Below are positions 45,236 through 55,533 of a stretch of DNA of 64,000 bases, piece after piece; position 1 is the stretch's first letter, and each line of letters opens with the position of its first letter. The translations under genes and the position numbers were made by a program. Source of the DNA: Microgenomates group bacterium. GTDB lineage: Bacteria > Patescibacteriota > Microgenomatia > UBA12405. Under the pieces are notes generated by a model. That model saw nothing but the letters and a program-made list of their open reading frames with translations, was not told where the DNA came from and did not search any database. The DNA lies in the NCBI GenBank assembly GCA_049303675.1, contig JBAQNJ010000001.1:600711-664710 (forward strand), written 5' to 3'.

Positions 45236-47893
45236 ATGTTATCTTTTCTCAAAAATCTATTTGATGACAATCGTCATCGTCTCAATAACTACCAACCACT
45301 TATTAAAAAAATAAATTCTCTCGAAGAATCAATTAAGGAACTATCCGACAAAGAATTAGCCTCTCAAACAGAATACTTTAAAGAACAATTGGCTAAGGGC
45401 AAAACCCTAGACGATATTTTACCCGAAGCCTTTGCTGTCTGTCGCGAAGCAATTAGCCGGACCATCGGCGAGAGAGCTTATGATGTTCAGCTCATGGCCG
45501 CCATCACTCTTCATCTAGGCGACATCGCTGAGCAACGTACCGGAGAGGGGAAAACTCACTCGGTCATTTTTCCGGCTTATCTCAATGCCCTCACCGGCAA
45601 AGGAGTTCATATTGTCACCCCCAATGACTATCTAACTCGGGTTGGCGCTGGCTGGTATCCCCAAGCACTAAATTTATTGGGTGTTTCCACTGCTTGTATT
45701 GTCCATGAACAGTCCTTTATCCTCGACCCTAACTTTACTGACCCGTCAGAAGATGTCGATGAACGCTTAGCTCATCTTCGACCTATTTCTCGCGTAGAGG
45801 CCTATGCTGCCGATATTACCTATGGTACCAACAATGAATTTGGTTTTGATTATCTCCGTGATCACATGGTCGGTCAACAGTCCGAAAAAGTCCAACGAGA
45901 TCTCCATTATTTCGCCATAGTCGACGAAGTTGATTTTGTATTAATTGACGAAGCACGGACTCCCTTAATTATTTCCTCTCCCAACAATTCTCCGGTTGAC
46001 AAGTATTACAAGTTTGCCCAGATTGCGAACACCCTCCAGCCATCAGACTATACTATCGACGAAAAATCCCGTTCTGCCTCATTGTCCGAATTTGGCATCC
46101 GTAAAGTCGAAAAAATATTGGGCATCACCAATTTGTACGAGGAATCATTTGAGACTATCCACTATATTGAAAATGCCATCAAGGCCCGAGCCATTTTTCA
46201 CAAAGACAAAGAATATGTCATCAAAGACGGCGAAATAATTATTGTCGACGAATTTACCGGTCGGCTGATGCCGGGTCGCCGTTGGTCTGACGGTCTCCAT
46301 CAGGCTGTCGAGGCCAAGGAAAATGTCACTGTCCAACGCGAGTCTCAAACATGGGCCACCATTACTTTTCAAAACTTTTTCCGTCTCTATGAAAAATTGG
46401 GCGGCATGACCGGTACTGCCGCCACCGAATCCGAAGAGTTCAAAAAAATCTACAACCTCGATGTTATTACTATTCCCACCTATCGTGATATCCAGCGCCA
46501 TGATAGTCACGATTATATTTTCAAGACTCAGCGAGCCAAGTACGCCGCTATCGCTGCTACCGTCGCCGATCTGCATACTCAGGGACAGCCAGTTTTAATT
46601 GGTACCACCTCGATTGAAAAGAATGAAATAATTGCCTCAATGCTCCGCAAATCAGGTATACCCTTTCAAATGCTTAATGCCAAAAACCACCGCTCCGAAG
46701 CCGAGATAATCGCCAAAGCCGGCGTCCGTGGCGCTGTCACCGTAGCTACCAACATGGCAGGTCGCGGTGTCGATATTATTTTGGGGGGACCTAGGGCAAC
46801 TACTAAAAATTGGCAAAAGGAACATGACAAAGTTATCGAGCTCGGTGGCCTTCATGTTATCGGCACTGAGCGTCACGAATCACGCCGCATCGATAATCAA
46901 CTCCGTGGTCGGGCCGGCCGTCAGGGTGATCCGGGATCATCCCAGTTTTATGTCGCTCTCGACGACGATCTGATGAGAATATTTGGCGGCGAAAAAATCA
47001 GTTCACTAATGGGCAGATTCAATATGCCCGAAGAAGAGGCCTTAACTCACCCATTAGTTTCCAAAGTTATCGAACAAATTCAGGTAAAAGTCGAGGGCTA
47101 CAATTTTGATGTCCGCAAAAACATTGTCGAATATGATGATGTCATCAACAAGCAGCGTCAAATAATCTATGGTCTTCGTGACTCAACTCTTTCGAATTCT
47201 CAAAACAATCCCCCAAAAATTCTGGCCGAAATTGATAAAAATTTGCAATCAGAAATTACCAAAATATTTCAAACTAGTGCTAATTATGAAACAGGGGAGG
47301 CCGATTATGACAAGATTGCCTTAGAATTCAATGAAATTCTTCCTCTCTCCGACTCTGATCGACAAAAGTTAGTTAAGACACTGAAAACAGAAGCTAATCC
47401 ACTTGAATATTTGATCAAGGTTACCCAAACCAAGTGGCAGGAGAGACTCAAATATTTTGGTAAAGACCTGAGTAGTGCTATCAGTAGCTATGCCATTATC
47501 AAGACTCTCGATCCATTGTGGGTTGAGCATCTGACTGCCCTCGACGACTTGCGCGATGGTGTCCGCCTGCGTGGTTATGCCCAAAAAGATCCATTGGTAG
47601 AATATCGTAAAGAAGGTTATGAAATGTTTCAAAAACTCATGGGACAGTATCAATACAATCTTTGCCGGACTATTTTCCGACTTGAGCCCGTGGCTGCACC
47701 CGTCATCGACCAACCTCAAAACATAATCGAGGGTAGGGGAGAAGAGTCGTCATTGCGAGGAGCCGGAGGCGACGCGGCAATCTTAAAACCCCAGACTACC
47801 GTCAAAAACTCTCAGACTATCTCTCGCAACGATCCCTGTTGGTGCGGTAGTGGCAAAAAATGGAAGAAGTGTCACTACCCCAAGACAGGTTAA
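45236..47893 (+). CDS. secA: preprotein translocase ATPase SecA
   Basis: DEAD-like motor (AEQRTGEGKTH, DEVDFVLIDEARTPLIIS), preprotein cross-linking and helical scaffold domains, and a C-terminal zinc finger CWCGSGKKWKKCH. Confidence 0.95.
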   Translation: MLSFLKNLFDDNRHRLNNYQPLIKKINSLEESIKELSDKELASQTEYFKEQLAKGKTLDDILPEAFAVCREAISRTIGERAYDVQLMAAITLHLGDIAEQRTGEGKTHSVIFPAYLNALTGKGVHIVTPNDYLTRVGAGWYPQALNLLGVSTACIVHEQSFILDPNFTDPSEDVDERLAHLRPISRVEAYAADITYGTNNEFGFDYLRDHMVGQQSEKVQRDLHYFAIVDEVDFVLIDEARTPLIISSPNNSPVDKYYKFAQIANTLQPSDYTIDEKSRSASLSEFGIRKVEKILGITNLYEESFETIHYIENAIKARAIFHKDKEYVIKDGEIIIVDEFTGRLMPGRRWSDGLHQAVEAKENVTVQRESQTWATITFQNFFRLYEKLGGMTGTAATESEEFKKIYNLDVITIPTYRDIQRHDSHDYIFKTQRAKYAAIAATVADLHTQGQPVLIGTTSIEKNEIIASMLRKSGIPFQMLNAKNHRSEAEIIAKAGVRGAVTVATNMAGRGVDIILGGPRATTKNWQKEHDKVIELGGLHVIGTERHESRRIDNQLRGRAGRQGDPGSSQFYVALDDDLMRIFGGEKISSLMGRFNMPEEEALTHPLVSKVIEQIQVKVEGYNFDVRKNIVEYDDVINKQRQIIYGLRDSTLSNSQNNPPKILAEIDKNLQSEITKIFQTSANYETGEADYDKIALEFNEILPLSDSDRQKLVKTLKTEANPLEYLIKVTQTKWQERLKYFGKDLSSAISSYAIIKTLDPLWVEHLTALDDLRDGVRLRGYAQKDPLVEYRKEGYEMFQKLMGQYQYNLCRTIFRLEPVAAPVIDQPQNIIEGRGEESSLRGAGGDAAILKPQTTVKNSQTISRNDPCWCGSGKKWKKCHYPKTG

Positions 47894-47906
47894 GGTAAAA
47901 TAACTG

Positions 47907-48461
47907 GTGCGCCGTATTTATATTATTGTATTATTTTTACTCTCTACTCTCTTTTCACCGTGGATTTTTCAGCTCCCCTGGTACATAGCATTACTAATTA
48001 TTATTTTTTCACTACTACTTTTCAATCTAAAAGAAAAATATATTGTTTTATTTTTTTACTTTTTACTTTTATTTTTTCAAATCCGTACTACTCGTATTAG
48101 TTCGGTCTACCAATTTTCTGGCTTTGATTTTTATCTTCACCAACAGCAACTTGACTCCTATCCGCCCCGCCTTGCCCGACTAGCCAACATAGTTGAAAAC
48201 AAATTTGAGACTCCGCTTGTCTATCGCCTGCGTCAAAACTTATTTAATAGTTTAGATTTTTCCATCTTTTTTAAAAATTACTTTCTTACAATATTATTTA
48301 TTCCCTTTATCATTGGCCTAATCCATTTTGTTAAATGCCCTAAGAGACTACCAATTACTCTATTTATATTATCTATCTTAACACTGACATTTATCGGCAC
48401 CAATGGCCAATATGGTCCAATTACCATATTACCATTTTTAATATATTTAATCATTTCTTGA
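47907..48461 (+). CDS. hypothetical polytopic membrane protein
   Basis: ~5 predicted TM helices; ATGA overlap with the downstream GT-C gene. Confidence 0.45.
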   Translation: MRRIYIIVLFLLSTLFSPWIFQLPWYIALLIIIFSLLLFNLKEKYIVLFFYFLLLFFQIRTTRISSVYQFSGFDFYLHQQQLDSYPPRLARLANIVENKFETPLVYRLRQNLFNSLDFSIFFKNYFLTILFIPFIIGLIHFVKCPKRLPITLFILSILTLTFIGTNGQYGPITILPFLIYLIIS

Positions 48462-49900
48462 AAAACAAAATATTACTTATACTAATATTGCTATTTTCTT
48501 TTGCAATTTATACCTTTAAATTATCGACCATCCCTCCATCTGCTTATGCCGACGAAGCTACCGTTGGTTACAATGCCTACTCAATTTTAACTACCGGTAC
48601 CGATGAATTTGGTCAGCCATTTCCCTTATTATTTAGATTTTTCAATGCCTATACCCCTGGATTATTCGTCTATGCCGCTATTCCTTTTATTAAGTTATTT
48701 GGTATATCAGTTTTTTCCATCCGTATTTTATCTGCTATCACCGGCACTATCTCTGTCTTCTTTTTTTACAAAACCTTGTCACTTCTCAGCAAAAATTCAC
48801 TGGTAGGCACGGCCTTTTACACCATACTCCCCTGGACCATATTTAATTCGCGTATCGGGTATGAAGTTATGTTTGCCGCTACTATTTTCAACCTCGGCTG
48901 CTACTATCTACTCAAAAATATAAACAACATTTCATATTTCGGTTTGCTACTTATTAGCCTATCTACCTATACCGCCCATACTCAACGCTATTTGGCCCCA
49001 ATATTTTTACTGGTATATTTTATTTATTTCAAAAAATTAAATCTAAAATCACTTGCTGTGCTGTTATTCACTCAGATACCAAATCTAATATTGGTTTTTA
49101 CCCACTCTTTTTGGATAAAAAATAACCATCTATCACTCAAATTATTTTTATCCCAAATTATTTCCTATCTTTCTCCAAAAACGCTATTCTTTAGTTCACC
49201 CGATATCGATCTTCAGCATCAAATTCCTTCTATTTCTTTGTTCTTCTGGTGGATGATTATTCCTCTTATATTTAGCCTCAAAAAACTATTTACTCTCGAC
49301 TCAAAACATCAAAAATTTATTGTTATATGGCTAATTTGTTCTATCATCCCTGCTTCCCTTTCGGGGGAATTCATGTCAACCCAGCGTGTTCTGCCACTTT
49401 TGTTTCCTCTAATGCTAGTTATATCCCTCGGACTTTCATCAAAGATATTTATTAATTCGTTCCTATTTATATATTCGCTAGTTCTGGTCTGTCGTTCCTA
49501 TTATATTTTCTTGCCTCACCAGTTAGCTAAATCATGGGACTATGGCTATAAGCAGCTATCATCATATATTATGAATACCCCTGACAAAAAATTTCTCATC
49601 GACAATACCCGCAACCCACGGACCTATATTCTGCCCCTCTTCTATAATCAATATGTTTACAAACGTCAAATTGACAACTATTATTCAGCTCCAGTTTTGG
49701 AAGACAAGTATAGCTATTCAAATCTAACTTTTGAGCCATTAGTCTGGGGTGATATAAACCAATATGATTATATTGTCTCCGACGGCCTCTCCATTTCTCC
49801 CGACCAAGCCCTCGAGCACCATCTGACCAGTGTTCAAAAAATTATGTCTCCTGACAATGCCATGGTCTTAGAAATATATAAAGTAGATAGTGTACAATAA
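48458..49900 (+). CDS. GT-C family membrane glycosyltransferase (ArnT/PMT, GT39/83-like)
   Basis: TM1 followed by a loop with the DE motif (FKLSTIPPSAYADEATVGYNAYSILTTG) and ~11 TM helices. Confidence 0.65.
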   Translation: MKNKILLILILLFSFAIYTFKLSTIPPSAYADEATVGYNAYSILTTGTDEFGQPFPLLFRFFNAYTPGLFVYAAIPFIKLFGISVFSIRILSAITGTISVFFFYKTLSLLSKNSLVGTAFYTILPWTIFNSRIGYEVMFAATIFNLGCYYLLKNINNISYFGLLLISLSTYTAHTQRYLAPIFLLVYFIYFKKLNLKSLAVLLFTQIPNLILVFTHSFWIKNNHLSLKLFLSQIISYLSPKTLFFSSPDIDLQHQIPSISLFFWWMIIPLIFSLKKLFTLDSKHQKFIVIWLICSIIPASLSGEFMSTQRVLPLLFPLMLVISLGLSSKIFINSFLFIYSLVLVCRSYYIFLPHQLAKSWDYGYKQLSSYIMNTPDKKFLIDNTRNPRTYILPLFYNQYVYKRQIDNYYSAPVLEDKYSYSNLTFEPLVWGDINQYDYIVSDGLSISPDQALEHHLTSVQKIMSPDNAMVLEIYKVDSVQ

Positions 49901-49903
49901 GCC

Positions 49904-50953
49904 GTGGTCTCCAAAATAAATATCAAATCTAGTTTTCAGAAATTAGTCCGGAAATCATCAAACATTGTCATCACCTCACACTATTCACCCGATGATGACG
50001 CGATCGGCTCTTCTTTGGCCACTTTCAATTGGCTAACTACCAAATTCCCCCATAAAAATATTCGTATAATAATCACTGGCAGCTATGTCTCTCGTTATTC
50101 TGAATTTTATAATTATCACCAAATTAAATTTGTTTCTGACCTATCCACTGAGCTAGAGGATATTGATCTCTTAATTATGTTGGATGGTAGTCAGTATAGT
50201 CGGTTTACTCGTACCCCAAACTCCATTGCCTCTAGCCAGTTTCTCAAAGTTTGTTTTGATCATCACAGCTCTCCAATCGACAAATTTGATCTCATCTATT
50301 TAGACAAAACAGCTACCTCTACTTCAGAGATTATTCTTGACACACTCTACAAAAATATAAAATTTGGCAAGCCAATTGCCGAATTATTTCTCATGGGAAT
50401 TTTTGGCGACACTGGCACAATCAATTATCTCAAACCCAACCAATTGAATACTCTCGACAACCTCAAAAAACTCTTAAAAATTACTCAAACTGAAATTCAA
50501 GAATTCAAATCCACCTACTCCTCAATTACTTTTCCCGCCTTCACTATTATCCAAGAGTTCATGCGTAATACCCAATTTATGGATTTACACTCAGGCCATA
50601 ATTATCAGTATACTTTTGTTACCCCAGAATTTATCAACCAGAACGACTTTAGTGATGGTCAGATTAGCGAGGCCGCCCATATATATATGTCACAGTACTT
50701 GCGGATTATAGAAAATTATCAGTGGGGATTTATTGCCACCCCCAAAAGAGATGAAATTAGCGTTTCTTTTAGGTCTTTACCCAAATCAGTCAATGTCCGT
50801 GCTCTAGTTGAAAAAATCGATATTGGTGGTGGTCATGATCGTGCCGCTGGATCGAGTTTCAAGGCCGACAAGTGGGGCAAAAAACTGAACCTCCAGTTTG
50901 CTATCAAATATTTAGTTGAATGGATAGCCACTCATGATTTAGAATTATCCTAA
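49904..50953 (+). CDS. DHH-family phosphoesterase (NrnA-like)
   Basis: DHH motif CFDHHSSP, N-terminal HYSPDDDAIGS, and C-terminal DHHA1-like GGGH. Confidence 0.7.
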   Translation: MVSKINIKSSFQKLVRKSSNIVITSHYSPDDDAIGSSLATFNWLTTKFPHKNIRIIITGSYVSRYSEFYNYHQIKFVSDLSTELEDIDLLIMLDGSQYSRFTRTPNSIASSQFLKVCFDHHSSPIDKFDLIYLDKTATSTSEIILDTLYKNIKFGKPIAELFLMGIFGDTGTINYLKPNQLNTLDNLKKLLKITQTEIQEFKSTYSSITFPAFTIIQEFMRNTQFMDLHSGHNYQYTFVTPEFINQNDFSDGQISEAAHIYMSQYLRIIENYQWGFIATPKRDEISVSFRSLPKSVNVRALVEKIDIGGGHDRAAGSSFKADKWGKKLNLQFAIKYLVEWIATHDLELS

Positions 50954-51345
50954 TGACCGACTGTGTGTTTTGTGAAATAATTGATGGTTCCATTCCCTGC
51001 CACAAAATCGCCGAAGATGACAATTTCTTGGCTTTTCTCGATATCAAGCCGTTCTCCGTTGGTCATACCATGGTAATCCCCAAAATTCACTATCGCTGGA
51101 CCTACGATGTCCCCAACTTTGGGTCATATTGGGAATTTACTCGCCAAGTTAGTCATAAAATAAATACCAATTTAAAACCATTTTTCATCTCTTATCTCAC
51201 TATGGGTAATCAAGTTGAACATGCCCATATTCATATTATTCCCCGCTATCAGAACGATAACCTCATGGATGAATTCGGCGAAAAATTAAGATTAAATTTA
51301 TCAACTTCCCAATTGTCTGAAATTAAAGATAAAATAAATTTATGA
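50953..51345 (+). CDS. HIT-family (Hint-like) protein
   Basis: CVFCEII N-terminal motif and histidine triad HAHIHIIPR. Confidence 0.85.
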   Translation: MTDCVFCEIIDGSIPCHKIAEDDNFLAFLDIKPFSVGHTMVIPKIHYRWTYDVPNFGSYWEFTRQVSHKINTNLKPFFISYLTMGNQVEHAHIHIIPRYQNDNLMDEFGEKLRLNLSTSQLSEIKDKINL

Positions 51346-51614
51346 TCACTGAATCTCAAATTCTCGACGAACTCAAAAAAATCAACCAGCAGCTGTCCCG
51401 ACAAAACAATGGTGCCTTTCGTAATTTTACCGCCGGATTTTTCCATTCTTTTGGCTATTTCTTAGGTACTATTACCGTCTTCGCTATATTAGCCATTATC
51501 GCTTCTCGATACAATTGGGCAGCCATGATTAGTAAATCCATGGAAACCATGATGTCCAGTATCAATTGGTCCAAAATCGTCCCCGCCCCTATCAATCAAC
51601 AACCTCAAAATTAG
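51342..51614 (+). CDS. hypothetical membrane protein
   Basis: Single predicted TM helix FGYFLGTITVFAILAIIA. Confidence 0.4.
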   Translation: MITESQILDELKKINQQLSRQNNGAFRNFTAGFFHSFGYFLGTITVFAILAIIASRYNWAAMISKSMETMMSSINWSKIVPAPINQQPQN

Positions 51615-51623
51615 CTTTGTCTT

Positions 51624-53465
51624 TTATTTCCCCTTCCTCTCTGCCCTTACTCTATCTACTTTAGTCAAATATTTTTTTCGTAGTCTTATTGTTTTTGGTG
51701 TCACATCAATCAATTCGTCCGATTCAATAAAGTCTAGTGATTCTTCCAATGAATACTTGACTGCCGGTGCCAGTGCCAGTGCGTCATCGTTTCCTGACGA
51801 GCGCATATTGGTCAATTGCTTGCCTTTACAGACATTTATTTCCAGATCTCCCTCAACCGGTCGGAATCCCACTACCTGACCCTCGTAAACACCCTCTGTC
51901 GGTGATACAAAAGTTATGCCCCGTTTTTGGGCCAGATCCAGTCCAAATCCCAACGCCTTACCTCCCTCAGAAGCTATCAATACTCCATTTCGCTGTCGGA
52001 TTGTATCATCACTCTTTGGTTCATAACCGAGGGTGAGATAGCTCATCGATACCGAACCCTTTGTCTCACTCACCAAAATACTTCGCAGTCCTAGGGCATT
52101 TTTCTCACTTATTTTATAAATCATTTTCACACCGGCCCGATCGTCAGTGCTCATATCGATCATCTGAGCTTTTCGCTTGCCCAGCTCAGAAGTGATTGTG
52201 CCTACATATTCTTCAGAAGTTAATATTGTCAATTCGGAATAAGGCTCACACAGTTTTCCATCTATTGTTTTTAAAATAACTTCGGGTTTACCCACCTCCA
52301 TGGCATAGCCCTCACGTCGCAATTTTTCAATCAAAATAGCCAAATGCAATTCTCCGCGTCCAGAGACGAGCATTCTAATTCCATCAGTTGGGTCTGTTTC
52401 AATTTTTAGTCCCAAGTTTGTCTCCACCTCTTCCTGCAGTCTCTCTTTCAGTTCTCGACTAGTTAAAAATCTTGATTCGTCTCTAGCAAAAGGCGAACTA
52501 TTTGGTCCAAAGCTAGCTTTTAGGGTAGGTTCGGCCACATTTATTGTCGGTAGAGCTACTTGATAATTTGGATCGGTTAAAGTTTGGCCAATTTCAATTT
52601 CATTAATCCCCGCCAAATAGGCAATCTCGCCACTTTCGATTTCTTCAATTTCCACCTTGTTCATACCCTCATTGACATACATTCGCTCGATTTTAAAATT
52701 ACCGGTCACCTTTTGATCTGGATTAATTTGGGACACAAATTGACCTTTCCTGATCTTTCCTTGATTAACTCTACCTACCGCCAACCTCCCTAAATAACCA
52801 TTTTTTTCAAATGCCGAAATCAACATTTGAAAAGGTTTATCGACATCCTTGCTGGCACTTTTAAAAGTCTTTACAATTGCTTCAAACAGGGGAGTTGTAT
52901 CAGCAGTCTCACTCATGTCACTCGGCATATGATCCCAAGTCTTACCATCACGACCAATTGCGTAAATTATCGGAAAGTCCAGTAGCTCTGGATCCGATGC
53001 CAGAGACAGGAACAAATTTTCTGCATCTTCGACCACTCGTTTTACATCCGCATCCTTACGATCAATTTTATTAATTACCATGATCACCTTTAGACCATAA
53101 TCGAGAGCTCTTTTCAATACAAATTTAGTTTGGGACAATGGTCCTTCAGCCGCATCCACAATCAAGAGTGCCCCGTCAGCCATATTTAGGACTCTTTCCA
53201 CTTCACCACCAAAATCTGCGTGTCCAGGGGTATCAATAATATTAATTTTTACACCTTTGTAGCTCACCGAGGTATTTTTAGACAAAATAGTTATCCCTTT
53301 TTCTCTTTCCAAATCATTACTGTCCATTATTCTCTCTTCATTCATTTCCGCTTGGTTTTCACGGAAAGTATGGGTTTGTTTCAGCATGGCATCGACCAAA
53401 GTTGTCTTTCCATGATCCACGTGAGCGATCACGGCCACGTTTCGGATATCACTATATTTAGGCAT
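51624..53465 (-). CDS. typA: translational GTPase TypA/BipA
   Basis: IRNVAVIAHVDHGKTTLVD, DTPGHADF, NKIDR; EF-G-like domain series at 613 aa. Confidence 0.9.
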   Translation of the reverse strand: MPKYSDIRNVAVIAHVDHGKTTLVDAMLKQTHTFRENQAEMNEERIMDSNDLEREKGITILSKNTSVSYKGVKINIIDTPGHADFGGEVERVLNMADGALLIVDAAEGPLSQTKFVLKRALDYGLKVIMVINKIDRKDADVKRVVEDAENLFLSLASDPELLDFPIIYAIGRDGKTWDHMPSDMSETADTTPLFEAIVKTFKSASKDVDKPFQMLISAFEKNGYLGRLAVGRVNQGKIRKGQFVSQINPDQKVTGNFKIERMYVNEGMNKVEIEEIESGEIAYLAGINEIEIGQTLTDPNYQVALPTINVAEPTLKASFGPNSSPFARDESRFLTSRELKERLQEEVETNLGLKIETDPTDGIRMLVSGRGELHLAILIEKLRREGYAMEVGKPEVILKTIDGKLCEPYSELTILTSEEYVGTITSELGKRKAQMIDMSTDDRAGVKMIYKISEKNALGLRSILVSETKGSVSMSYLTLGYEPKSDDTIRQRNGVLIASEGGKALGFGLDLAQKRGITFVSPTEGVYEGQVVGFRPVEGDLEINVCKGKQLTNMRSSGNDDALALAPAVKYSLEESLDFIESDELIDVTPKTIRLRKKYLTKVDRVRAERKGK

Positions 53466-53502
53466 TCGTCCATTTTACCACTAAATAGGTTAAAATAGTA
53501 CC

Positions 53503-54216
53503 ATGAGAAAATCAATTTGGCTTGTGCTCTCCCTGCTATTTTTATCAGCATGTACCACTAAAATCGCTACCAATATCGAAAATGCCCGCGAGACTATTAT
53601 CCCTCTACCTTCAAAAATTTTAGAGTCTGGCTTGCCCAGCAAACATCAAATCAAAACAGCTTTCATTCCTCAGTCTCCCGAGAAAAACTGGGACCAGCCA
53701 TGGCAAGACTCCTGCGAAGAAGCCTCCATTCTCACCTTAAAACATTATTATTCTGCCGATAACCCTTCTACCGAGACTCTCCTCGCCGAATATCAGCAAA
53801 TATTCAGTTACGAGGCTCAAAATAATTGGACCCACGATATAAATTTACAAAAAATGGCACAACTGTCAACCGATTTATTTCAACTTAAACCAGCTATCAT
53901 CGATTCTCCCAGTACTGACGATCTCAAAAAATATATCTCAAAAAACATTCCTGTCATTGTTACTGCCAACGGCAAAACACTCTACCAAGAGAACAAACAC
54001 TTCAAGTCTGGCGGGCCCCTATATCATAGTCTAGTAATCCTCGGCTTCGACGATGATATTGGCAAATTTATTGTTCACGATGTTGGTACCCAGTTTGGTG
54101 CCTATTTCCAATATAGCTACTCTCTCTTAATGGAGAGTATCCACGATCTACCTAGTAACGGCGACAAAAATAACATCGAACAAGGTGATAAAAAAATATT
54201 AATTTTGGTAAAATAA
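53503..54216 (+). CDS. lipoprotein with peptidase C39-like (YvpB-like) domain
   Basis: Lipobox LLFLSAC. Cys box QDSCEEASILTL and His box YHSLVILGFDD ... VHDVG fit the peptidase_C39_2 pattern. Confidence 0.5.
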   Translation: MRKSIWLVLSLLFLSACTTKIATNIENARETIIPLPSKILESGLPSKHQIKTAFIPQSPEKNWDQPWQDSCEEASILTLKHYYSADNPSTETLLAEYQQIFSYEAQNNWTHDINLQKMAQLSTDLFQLKPAIIDSPSTDDLKKYISKNIPVIVTANGKTLYQENKHFKSGGPLYHSLVILGFDDDIGKFIVHDVGTQFGAYFQYSYSLLMESIHDLPSNGDKNNIEQGDKKILILVK

Positions 54217-54219
54217 TTT

Positions 54220-54813
54220 ATGAAAAAACTTATCCTACTTCCAGTTATGGCTCTATTCTTATCTGCCTGTAGCCTATTTCCTAGTAACTCTGATCAAAAT
54301 ATTAGTTTATCAGTTACCCCCACAACCACTATGGATATACCCACTAATCCCACTTTATCTCCATCCCCAAAAACTGGCGATACTGTAGTCGCCTTGAGCA
54401 CCAAAGACGGCCAAATAGTTATCAAGTTATTTTCCGAAGATACTCCTAACACCATTAAAACCTTTTTGGCAAAAGTAGATAGTGGTTTTTACAATGGCCT
54501 TACCTTTCATCGGGTTATCGAGGGCTTTATGGCTCAGGGTGGAGATCCTACTGGCACAGGTACTGGTGGTGGTAGCCAAAAATCAGAACTCAACAATCTT
54601 CCTTTTGTTCGTGGCTCTCTTGGCCTAGCTCGCACCCCAGCCACCAAAGAAATTAGCAATGATAGTCAGTTTTTTATTTGCTTCAATGACACCGGCTGTG
54701 CCCACCTTACCGGTGACTACGTCAACTTTGGCCAAGTACTCAGTGGTTTTGATATTCTCGACAAAATCAATCAGGGTGACAAAATTATAGAAATTACTAC
54801 TACCACCAAATGA
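54220..54813 (+). CDS. ppiB: cyclophilin-type peptidyl-prolyl isomerase, lipoprotein
   Basis: Lipobox FLSAC; cyclophilin core FHRVIEGFMAQGGDPTGTGTGG. Confidence 0.85.
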   Translation: MKKLILLPVMALFLSACSLFPSNSDQNISLSVTPTTTMDIPTNPTLSPSPKTGDTVVALSTKDGQIVIKLFSEDTPNTIKTFLAKVDSGFYNGLTFHRVIEGFMAQGGDPTGTGTGGGSQKSELNNLPFVRGSLGLARTPATKEISNDSQFFICFNDTGCAHLTGDYVNFGQVLSGFDILDKINQGDKIIEITTTTK

Positions 54814-55187
54814 AAAAAATATTCATCATCGTTGTTATTGGGGTTTTAGGTTATTTTATTTATCAATACATCCAGTCACCAAAACCAAATATTACCGACA
54901 GTCAGGCAGACCTGATCCTCTTTCATGGCGATGGCTGTCCCCATTGTAAAATTGTTAGCGATTACATTGATGCCAATCAGGTTGAATCCAAAGTCAAAAT
55001 CTCTTACCACGAAGTTTACTACAACAAATCAAATCAGATTCTCCTCCAAGAAACAGTCAAAAAGTGCCCCGAAATAGACACTACTCAAGGTGTTGGAGTT
55101 CCTCTGGCTTATTCTCCACTAGACACAAAATGTTTATATGGTGACACTCCTATCATCGATTGGCTCAAGTCCAAAATGCTAAAATAG
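54810..55187 (+). CDS. membrane-anchored thioredoxin/glutaredoxin-like protein (CPHC)
   Basis: N-terminal TM helix, then LILFHGDGCPHCK. Confidence 0.55.
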   Translation: MKKIFIIVVIGVLGYFIYQYIQSPKPNITDSQADLILFHGDGCPHCKIVSDYIDANQVESKVKISYHEVYYNKSNQILLQETVKKCPEIDTTQGVGVPLAYSPLDTKCLYGDTPIIDWLKSKMLK

Positions 55188-55190
55188 TCT

Positions 55191-55532
55191 GTGTCCAAAA
55201 AATCGAGGTCAGACAAATTTCACTTTGGTTTTCAATCTATTATTAGATTGGTTATCTTTATCTTGTTGGTTATTTTTTCCATCAACTACTTTAGTGCCAA
55301 TTCTTTAAAAATAAGCATCCCCCTACCCTCGTTAATCCAATATTTACCCCCAGATTCTCAGGCAAAGCTAAATATTCTTGGAGCTAGGATCGAATCCTTG
55401 CCGCTTGAACAAAAGGTGACTCAATTTATTGTCAGTACTCAGGATTTTATCTCCAAACAAATTCAACAAATTAAAATTGATATCATCAACGCGGTTGCCA
55501 AAAATTTAGTCGACAAAATTAATTCCCCCTAA
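55191..55532 (+). CDS. hypothetical membrane protein
   Basis: One TM helix ([15 protein letters not shown]). Confidence 0.4.
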   Translation: MSKKSRSDKFHFGFQSIIRLVIFILLVIFSINYFSANSLKISIPLPSLIQYLPPDSQAKLNILGARIESLPLEQKVTQFIVSTQDFISKQIQQIKIDIINAVAKNLVDKINSP

Positions 55533-55533
55533 T

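Noticed and set aside
47730-47790. GC-rich stretch near the secA 3' end (GGGTAGGGGAGAAGAGTCGTCATTGCGAGGAGCCGGAGGCGACGCGGCAATC) as another inserted element
   Set aside because: No second copy in the window and no clean inverted repeat. It encodes a Gly/Arg-rich linker before the SecA zinc finger, which is normally a low-complexity region.
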